Shown: positions 42,401 through 52,900 of the stretch, in pieces
How positions within the stretch are numbered: position 1 is the first letter of the stretch
Layout of the letters: the number at the start of each line of letters is the position of its first letter
Assembly (NCBI GenBank): GCA_051362555.1
Contig: CM120641.1
Location: 15,562,001 to 15,626,000, forward strand
Reading direction: 5' to 3'
From: Lingula anatina
Lineage: Eukaryota > Animalia > Brachiopoda
DNA length: 64,000 bases
The notes under the pieces: model-generated
What the model saw: only the letters and a program-made list of their open reading frames with translations
Databases searched by the model: none
Told to the model about the DNA's origin: nothing
Program-made: the position numbers and the translations under genes

Positions 42401-43918
42401 ATGTTAATTGGAACTCCTTTGATAAGATATTGTTTGAATTTTGTGCAATTTATTTTGTCAGTTTCCAAAGGTACATACAGGTCAATGCCAGCAGTTGCAC
42501 TTTTCCAATTCAATCCAATATTCAATTAAAAGAGTAATAAATGTGAATAGTTTATCAAAGCACATTGTGTACATATTTATATTTAGCTCCCTCTGATAGA
42601 AATTAATTTGGATCTCATTTTATCCCATTTGATTTTCTCCTTCCTCTAGCTGAATTTACATGGACCACAGCAGGCGAAGAGAGATTTAGAAACTACCTTA
42701 TAATCCCCAACCTGACTCCAGGAAGCTATGAATTCCGTGTAATTGTGAGAAACAACCTTGGCGTGGAGACTGTGACTGATGTCTACAGGGTTGAAGTCAG
42801 GGAGACCTCTGGTGGACAGACAGGTAAGGCATTATTTTTTTGCCACAAGAGTAGATAAATAGATAGGTAAAGTAAAGAAATCTGGATCGTGTTCTTAGAT
42901 GGCTCTGCTGGTACTTCTAACACAAAAGCACATTTGATGATATTACATGACCAAATAAAGTGTTCTTTAAAAAGATTACCTGCTTATGTCAGCACCGAAA
43001 GTGTTACTACAAGTATTTCTATAAATTGAGTCATACACAGTCACTAATTTGATGAGTGATTATTGTAGATTAAAATAGCATCCTCAGCATTTGGACACTT
43101 ATGTTATTGCATTGTGCTATAACTTCAGGTCCAGCTTTACCAAACTTCAACATTCAACAGACAACCACTGGAACTGGTTTGAACATTTCGTGGGTGCCCG
43201 TCCCTGGCCTTCCGCGCAACACTTACATTGTTCAGTACAGAAGACCAGGTGAGAAGACTAGAGTGACAATATACATAATACATAATACTTATGGATATTT
43301 TTTTCTTGACCACTTTCAACTGAGCTAAAAAGACCTTAGATTTAGTAATGAGGACACCGCAGGCCTTTAATTTATTAATCTTTTGGCTACTTTACTTTTA
43401 CTAGGTGAGCTTACTTGGACCAGTGGAGGCCAGGAGTCCTTCAATAACTTCATTATCATTCCAAGTCTCCCTACTGGCACCTATGAGTTCAGAATCATTG
43501 TAAGAAACAATCTTGGACAAGAAACTATCAGCCAGATCTTTAGAGTGGAGGTCAGACAAGCCAGTGGAACAACAGGTAATACTTCATGGCTATTTTCATA
43601 TTTGAAATACTCAAATAAAATTGCAGAATATGTTCCGCCTATCCTCTCTCTGTCTCCCCCAACCTCCAAAAACTGTCTGTAAAATGACTTCACTGTTAAT
43701 TTTATTTTATTTAATGAAACTAATGGTCAAAGGATTTCTACACAGGACATGCCTTAGATTATGCTTTATACAATTTTTCATTTATTGTTTTTTTCAGGTC
43801 CACAGATGCCCAACTTCAATGTGGCCTCTACAGGAGTGGGGACTGGACTGAATGTCTCCTGGGTGCCAATCCCTGGGGCCTTCGGAAACACATACATTGC
43901 CCAGTTCAGACAACCAGG

Positions 43919-43978
<60 letters not shown>

Positions 43979-46900
43979 TTTCATCTATTTCACATTTTGT
44001 CTCTTTATATTCAACTCTCTATGGTTCTCAGGTTGTTAAATGTTTCCACTGTCCTACAATTATAGGAGCACCAACCTGGACTGTGGGCGGTCAGGATACC
44101 ACAAACAACTACATCATTATCCCCAACCTCCCCGTCGGAACTTATGAGTTTAGAATGATTGTGAGGAACAACCTGGGTCAGGAAACTGTTAGCCAGATCT
44201 TCAGAGTTCAAGTCCAAGCAGCAGGTAAGACAGTGTTTTGGACTTGGCCCAAAGCTCCATAATCTTTTGCTAACAATGACTTATCAGCATTTTTTTTCAG
44301 GAGAAGATTTAAAATACAAGTTGGCATTCCAGTGACAGTTTTGGGGAAACCAAAGCATAATTATCTCAATCAAACATTTTAGCCTGAAAGAAATGCATAG
44401 GCCTTATATACTGTTTCATCTGCCAGATGAAAACATTTGTTTGGGGAAAAAAGAATGATTGTGATTATTATTATTTGTTTGTGTTTTGTCCAGATACTTT
44501 TCCAGTGAAGTTATTACACTATTTTGGGTTGGACTATTTGAACCATGAAATGTGTTGATGTCAACTAGTATACAATTGTTGTGAATGGCTGTTTTATAAC
44601 TTTGTGTCATTGTTTCTGTGGCTTGTAGTTGTAGTATAGTTGTATTGTTAATCATAATGAAAAAAATACTGTAATTATCAATATGAAAACCATATCCTAT
44701 GCTTTAAGCATTAATCAAATGTTTGTGCAAGAAAGTGTAAAAAAGCTTGAATTTAGTACTTAGTAACTAATCTTCCAAATATTTTAACTGTTTAGGTGTA
44801 AGTAACATAATCATGAGCTTCATGTAAATGTTTGTATTTGTCAAGCAGTAGTACCATGCTTATGTGAGCAACACACCCATGTACTTACAATGCTGTGAAA
44901 ACAATATAACCATCAGTTTATGTGAGCAAAATCAGCATTCCCTTGTGCTTCTGTAACCTAATACAAACCCCAGTAACACCTTATCCTCACTGTGTGCTGT
45001 CAGGTGATACATTAGGAGAGTGGAGTCCATGGGGGGTGTTTGAGATGGCGTCAGGCAGGTTTATCCCAGACCAGTGTACCAGACCATGTGGCGGTGGCAA
45101 GCAGTTCCGTGGCAGACAGTGTATGGGAACTGAGGCTTTCTGTAGAAGCCAGCAGCTGGAGGAAGAACAGGACTGCAACACACAGCCCTGTACTAACAGC
45201 ACTTCAGGTAGACTTCTAATACACTCAATACAATACAGTTGTTATACTGTCTCACCTAACACACTAAACACATTGCTTGAACATATGCAGTCTCAACTAA
45301 CTCACTTGACACAAGGCTTTAATTGACTATATCAGCTATTTAACACTCTTAACTCATTGTTACAGTAACAAATTAAGTAAATCACCCAATGTTAATATTT
45401 TCCCCTCAGCATTGAACATGTAATTTCAAAATTAACATAATGTGTTAACTGCAAATTGAATGTGCTAGTGCATATTTATGTTTTAAAAATAAATTGTTAT
45501 ATTAAATTATTAACATTTTATGTGTTAACCCTAATATCTTTTATTTACATGTAAATTGGTCTTGTATGTATGTATGTATGTATGTATGTATGTATGTATG
45601 TATTTTGATACTATTGAAATAAGTATAAGTGTAACAAGGAAAGATGAGATGTAAGAGGGTAATGCTACCAATGACACTACTAACCTGTTAGCTGTTTTAT
45701 ATATTAGGAGATAGCCTTGGTGAATGGGGTCCTTGGGGAGTTGTAGAAATGGCCACAGGAAGATTTATTGAGGGAGAATGTACAAGACCATGTGATGGCG
45801 GAGTTCAATTTCGTGGGCGCCCATGTACAGGCTCTCAGAGTTTCTGTATGGGCCAACAGTTAGAAGAAGTCCGAGATTGCAATACTCAGCCATGTGGACC
45901 AGGAAATGGAACTAACACAGGAGGTAGTTGAGAAGAAAAATTATGTTGTTATAATTCCCCCCATATTTATATTCTTACAATGCTTATAACTAATAAAATG
46001 CCACCCTGCTTAACCTTACAGTATTCTAACTATAACCTTTTATAAAAAGGTTCTCTAACATTGAGTTGCCATGATAACTGTCAACCTCATTAATGTTAGT
46101 AACATCATACTGCTAATCTTCTTGTAAGATGCCTCGTAATTAATTCACAAAGAGACAGAACTAATCTATAAGCCAATCTGTATATCAGGAGATAGCCTTG
46201 GAGAATGGACACCTTGGGGAGTTGTAGAAAGGACCTCAGGAAGATTTATAGAAGGAGAATGTACAAGACCATGTGATGGCGGAGTCCAGTTCCGTGGTAG
46301 ACAGTGTAGAGGCTCTCAGAGCTTCTGTATGAGTCAGCAGTTAGAAGAAGTCCGAGATTGTAATACTCAGCCATGTGGACCAGGAAATGGAACTAACACA
46401 GGAGGTAGTACTGCAGAAATAATTGTTGTCCTTATTACTAATTCTGATTTGTATGTAAATGTTATGGTTAAATATTAAACAAAATATAAAAAGGCACTAA
46501 TATTTCTATCATTTATGTTTCCCAACTTAGTATTTTTTTTAATGTGTCAAGTAGTTTAACATTTATAGTTATCTTCAGACCTTCGTTTTTATTAGGTTAC
46601 TATCACCCACTACCATTAATATCAGTATAGCTTTTACCTTACCCACCTTTCCCAAGAAAAACATGCTTAAAATCACAAATGTCATAAAAAGAATCATAAC
46701 TAATCTGTGGGGCATTCTGCACATCAGGAGATACCCTTGGAGAATGGACACCTTGGGGAGTTGTAGAAATGGCGTCAGGAAGATTTATAGAAGGAGAATG
46801 TACAAGACCATGTGATGGCGGAGTCCAGTTCCGTGGTCGCCAATGTACAGGCTCTCAGAGCTTCTGTATGAGTCAGCAGTTAGAAGAAGTCCGAGATTGT

Positions 46901-49900
46901 AATACTCAGCCATGTGGACCAGGAAATGGAACTAACACAGGAGGTAGTTGAGAATATGAATTATGATAGTACTTTCTCATACATGCACATACATTGCTTA
47001 TTACTGCTTAAATACCCCCTACTTAACCTATCAGTATTCTGAATGTTTGCTTATATCAACATGTACCAGTAGTTAGTATGCATATTAATATTTAGTTCCT
47101 GAAATCTAACAATAAGCAATTATCATTAACTGTCAGCTTTTATTTTGTTTGTAATGTTCTACCATTTTCCTAAGATGTCATTGTAATTAATGCAAAAGCA
47201 AGCACAACTAACCTATAAGCAATTATGTGTATAAGGAGATAGCCTTGGAGAATGGACACCTTGGGGAGTTGTAGAAAGAACCTCAGGAAGATTTGTAGAG
47301 GGAGAATGTACAAGACCATGTGATGGCGGAGTCCAGTTCCGTGGTAGACAGTGTAGAGGCTCACAGAGCTTCTGTATGAGTCAGCAGTTAGAAGAAGTCC
47401 GAGATTGTAATACTCAGCCATGTGGACCAGGAAATGGAACCAACACAGGAGGTAGTAGTTTAAACGAGAATTCTCCTTGTTACTAATTCTAATATGTGCA
47501 CAAACTTAACTGTCTAGTAAAACAAATTCCTATCATCTATTTCCAAACTTTATGTATGTATGTTTTTGAATGTGCCAAAAAGATTGAGATGTATTGTTTG
47601 CTTTGCCTTTTAATAGATTGTATCACCCACTACCATTAACATCTGTTTAGCTTTAACCCTAATTAACAGAGCTACACTGCAGGGCATGATCAAAATCATG
47701 TCATAAAATAAAATACCTAACCAAAGTAATTCTGTGTATCAGGCGATAATCTTGGAGAATGGACACCTTGGGGAGTCGTAGAAATGGCGTCAGGAAGATT
47801 TGTAGAAGGAGAATGTACAAGACCATGTGATGGCGGTGTCCAGTTCCGTGGTCGCCAATGTACAGGCTCTCAGAGTTTCTGTACCAGTCAGCAGTTAGAA
47901 GAAGTCCGAGATTGTAATACTCAGCCATGTGGACCAGGAAATGGAACTAACACAGGAGGTAGTTGTACAAAACATAACTGTTGCCCTTGTTACTAATTCT
48001 AATACGTGTACAAACGTAACTGTCAGGTAGAAATAACAGACCTTATATTTCCATTATTAATGTTTTATAATATGCCACATAATTGATGGTGTTTTGTTGG
48101 TCTGTAACTTTTTTGGGTTTACAAAACTAGCGTCCTCTATAGTGAAAATAGGATTCAGATCACACATAGCTGGGAAATGGCTTTTATCACAAAAGTAATA
48201 AAAGAAACAGCTAACATATAAGCCATTCTGCATATCAGGAGATAGTCTTGGAGAATGGACACCTTGGGGAGTCATGGAAATGGCGTCAGGAAGATTTATA
48301 GAAGGAGAATGTACAAGACCATGTGATGGCGGAGTCCAGTTCCGTGGTCGCCAATGTACAGGCTCTCAGAGCTTCTGTATGAGTCAGCAATTAGAAGAAG
48401 TACGAGATTGTAATACTCAGCCATGTGGACCAGGAAACGGAACTAACACAGGAGGTAGTTAGATATATTAATTGAGAAATTGTTTTTCTATACTTACCCA
48501 TAATCTGGAAAAAGACCATTTTTTTCAGATTTTGCTTGCCCTGATGCTAACAACATGTTACTCGCTTTGAATATGTGTATTTATATGTACTAAGTCTAAT
48601 ACTAAAAATTATAAGTCATAGCCAGATTTTTGTGTAATTAAACAATACACATGCAAAAACTGATCTGTGAGCTACTCTGCATATCAGGAGATAGCCTTGG
48701 AGAATGGACACCTTGGGGAGTGGTAGAAAGAACCTCAGGAAGATTTATAGAGGGAGAATGTACAAGGCCATGTGATGGCGGAGTCCAGTTCCGTGGTAGA
48801 CAGTGTACAGGCTCTCAGAGCTTCTGTATGAGTCAGCAGTTAGAAGAAGTCCGAGATTGTAATACTCAGCCATGTGGACCAGGAAATGGAACTAACACAG
48901 GAGGTAGTTGAAACAGTAGTTGTGGAAATTGATACTAATTTAACCACATTTACAGATGGAATTTTTTTAATCAAGTACCCAAAATTTATAACCCATTAAT
49001 ACATCTCAGCTTTATATGTTTGTACGTATGACAATGTGCTTACATGTAACATGCTAACCAAATTTGTTCCTGTGATGTGTCCCACTTGTTTCTGTGTATA
49101 GTATGTTTATGTGTAACATGTTAACTAAATTGGGATATGTATTGTTCAATTTGTAACTATTACGCATCTCTCTCTTCTTATTATGTATAGTTTTTAGCAC
49201 TAACACAGCAAAGATATCCACTTATCATACAAAAAATAAATGTAAGAAACTAACCTATGAGGCATTCTGCATATCAGGAGATAGTCTCGGAGAATGGACA
49301 CCTTGGGGAGTCATGGAAATGGCATCAGGAAGATTTATAGAGGGAGAATGCACAAGACCATGTGATGGTGGAGTCCAGTTCCGTGGTAGACAGTGTAGAG
49401 GCTCTCAGAGCTTCTGTATGAGTCAGCAGTTAGAAGAAGTCCGAGATTGTAATACTCAGCCATGTGGACCAGGAAATGGAACTAACACAGGAGGTAGTTA
49501 GAAATATTAATTGAGATATGATTTTCCTATACTTATCCATAATCTGTAAAGAAAAACATTTTTTTCAGATTTTCTTTACCCTTTATCTAACAATGTATTT
49601 ATCAATGGCTTTGAATATGTGTATTAATATGTAGTACCTTAAGTCTTACACTAACTGTTTTAAGTGATACATGTAACTAGAATTTTATGTAATTAATCCA
49701 CATGATCAATGTACAACAGGAGATAACCTCAGTGAATGGACACCTTGGGGAGTTGTAGAAAGAACCTCGGGAAGATTTATAGAAGGAGAATGTACAAGAC
49801 CATGTGATGGCGGAGTCCAGTTCCGTGGTCGCCAATGTACAGGCTCTCAGAGTTTCTGTATGAGTCAGCAGTTAGAAGAAGTCCGAGATTGTAATACTCA

Positions 49901-52900
49901 GCCATGTGGACCAGGAAATGGAACTAACACAGGAGGTAGTTGATAAAACTGTAGTTGGGAATTGATACTAATTCTAACACATGTACAATTAGGATGTATT
50001 ATATCATGTTCCCAAAAGTTATAACCCATTTATGCATCTTGTCTTTATATGTTTGTATGTATGACAATGTGCTGACGTGTAACATGTTTACTAATTTTGG
50101 ATTTGTATTGTTTGTTTCTGTTATTTGTCCTGCTTGTTTCTGTGTATAGTATTTAGCACTAACACAGCACATATACCCTCTAATCAAACAATAAATGAAT
50201 AAATGAAACCTAACCTATAAGGTATTCTGCATATCAGGAGATAGCCTTGGAGAATGGACACCTTGGGGAGTTGTAGAAATGGCGTCAGGAAGATTTATAG
50301 AAGGAGAATGTACAAGACCATGTGATGGTGGAGTCCAGTTCCGTGGTAGACAGTGTAGAGGCTCTCAGAGCTTCTGTATGAGTCAGCAGTTAGAAGAAGT
50401 ACGAGATTGTAATACTCAGCCATGTGGACCAGGAAACGGAACTAACACAGGAGGTAGAAAAGAAGAATAATTGTGTTTTCAGTTAATTTTGGATATGATT
50501 TCATTTGGACCAAATATCACCCTTAATCAGACTAATCTTCCAATGCTTTTCCAATGAGTTTTCATGAAAAGCTTATATATATATGTGTCTATATATGTGT
50601 GACTTACACCAGCACCAACTGATCACTCTAATTGAAAATCTATAACTTTGACAGATTTTTTTTTACTTTGCTGATTGCCTGTATTATGTTGTTATTAATA
50701 AACTGGAAAAATTATTACTAACCAAAATCATTCTGCATATCAGGAGATAGCCTTGGAGAATGGACACCTTGGGGAGTTGTAGAAATGTCATCAGGAAGAT
50801 TTATAGAGGGAGAATGTACAAGACCATGTGATGGCGGAGTCCAGTTCCGTGGTAGACAGTGTAGAGGCTCACAAAGCTTCTGTATGAGTCAGCAGTTAGA
50901 AGAAGTCCGAGATTGTAATACACAGCCATGTGGTTCCTCCACTGGAACTGCTGGTGTCACTGGGCCAACAGGGGCAGGTCCATTACCACCCACAAATACT
51001 GGAGGTACATCAAGAGTGCTTTCACCCTTGCTATAATCCAATATAGAAGTATAAGCCTTATCCGATGCAGTAATGTCTTTTGTTGTGTAAATGTACGTCT
51101 TGTACTTTGTCATGTCTTTGTCATGTATTTGTACCAAGTCAAAATTCCTACCCAGAGTGATGGCAAGATTTATTTGTTTGTATGGTGTTTCCCCTGTTAC
51201 TGTTTATGTTACACTGTAATGTCTAACATTTTGTTTTGTGCTAACCAACAGTAATATATATATCATGTGCATGAAGATGTATTTATAGTCTAGTTGTGAT
51301 GGCTCAGCTTAGTACCATGGGCTTGCAACATGCTGTGATTACAAAATCTAAGCCAGGAGAGTAAATGTACTCCTATGAATCTGTAATCCCAATCACAATT
51401 ACTGGTCCACAGAAGTAGTACCATACTAGGCTAAGGTGTCACAACATAACTGTGAATGCATCTCATGCCTGTCCTTTCCTTACCAATGTTGTAATGTGAT
51501 GTAAACTTTGACAGCAGCTGGAGGAAGTGGTACTAGCAGTCCCAGCATACCAGGACTGGGTGAGTGGGGTCCCTGGGGTATGGTAGACACATCTACAGGA
51601 CAGTTTGTGGAAGACATGTGTTCAAGACCATGTGACGGAGGATTGCAGCTACGATCGAGGCGATGTGACCAAGGCAATTGCCAAGGAGCGGAGCTGGAAG
51701 AAATTCGTGATTGTAACACCCAGCCATGTTCTGGCTCAATAGGAGCAACTGGCCCAGTGGGTCAAGCAGGAGGAGCTGGTACTGGCAGCACAGGAGGTAG
51801 AGTTCAACCCATTGTTACAACACACTGAGTGGTGTCCAAGAGAGACCCTTCTTATTCTCTTTCGAGGATCCTCATTTAGACACCAAATTTTATCAAGGAA
51901 TGAAATCATATTTTATTGTTACCTAAATCAGTGTTTGTTGCTGTATGTTCAATAGTTTTGAATTAACATTTAGTTTTGTTTTATGTTCTTGTCAAGTTTG
52001 TAGATTATTAGTTTTCAATGTTTTTGTATAGAAGACTTTTAGGGCCCTTTAACTGATATTTATGTTATAACTGTGTATATTGTTGGATGTTTGTTATGGA
52101 ATGTCTGTTGTGACAAGTGTGTATATTAACAAATCAAGGGTCTCATTAATTCAATTTTATACTTTTTTACAGGAATATTTTACCATTAAGATAATGTTTT
52201 TCTTACAGGATATCTGTGATAGAATGGTGTTAGGACTGTACACTTGAGAACTTCATCACAGCCCTGCATAGGGGAGGGAAATGTTGTTCTTGGACCATAC
52301 TAAGTATCTTGCTGCTGAATCTTTTCAGGTGACAACTTCCAGCTGGGAGAGTGGAGTCCGTGGGGTGTGGTGGAGCTGGCCACTGGGAACTTCATCCCAG
52401 GGCAGTGTACCCGTACCTGTGGGGGAGGAGCCCAGTTCCGTGGCAGACAGTGCACAGGGGCTGGTTGTAACACTGTGGACCCCAGACAACTGGAGGAAAG
52501 CAGGGAGTGTAACACTGAGCCATGCCAGGGGACAGGGGGCAGCACAGGCCCTTCTGGAGGGGCAGGAGGTTCAACAGGACCAAGTATGGCCACTTACGTT
52601 CACTTTCGTTTTTGCTTATTTACTGTCACTTTCATTTCAACAGTTCAGTTACGTAATGATTTTGATATTCAGTCACTGGTCACTTGTATTATTCCCATGG
52701 TGTGTGGTTACTTTAGCTTTCAATTCTCTTTTTGTAGGACATGGAATATAAAGTTTTTTTACTGCTTGTTATTAGTTTAAGATGATTAAACCTCTTATCT
52801 GTCAAAGGCACTAAGCATTTTCTGTGTCTGTTTTCCAGCAGGCGGTGATGTCACTTTAGGCCAGTGGGGAGAATGGGGTGTGGTAGAGCTTGCCACCAAT

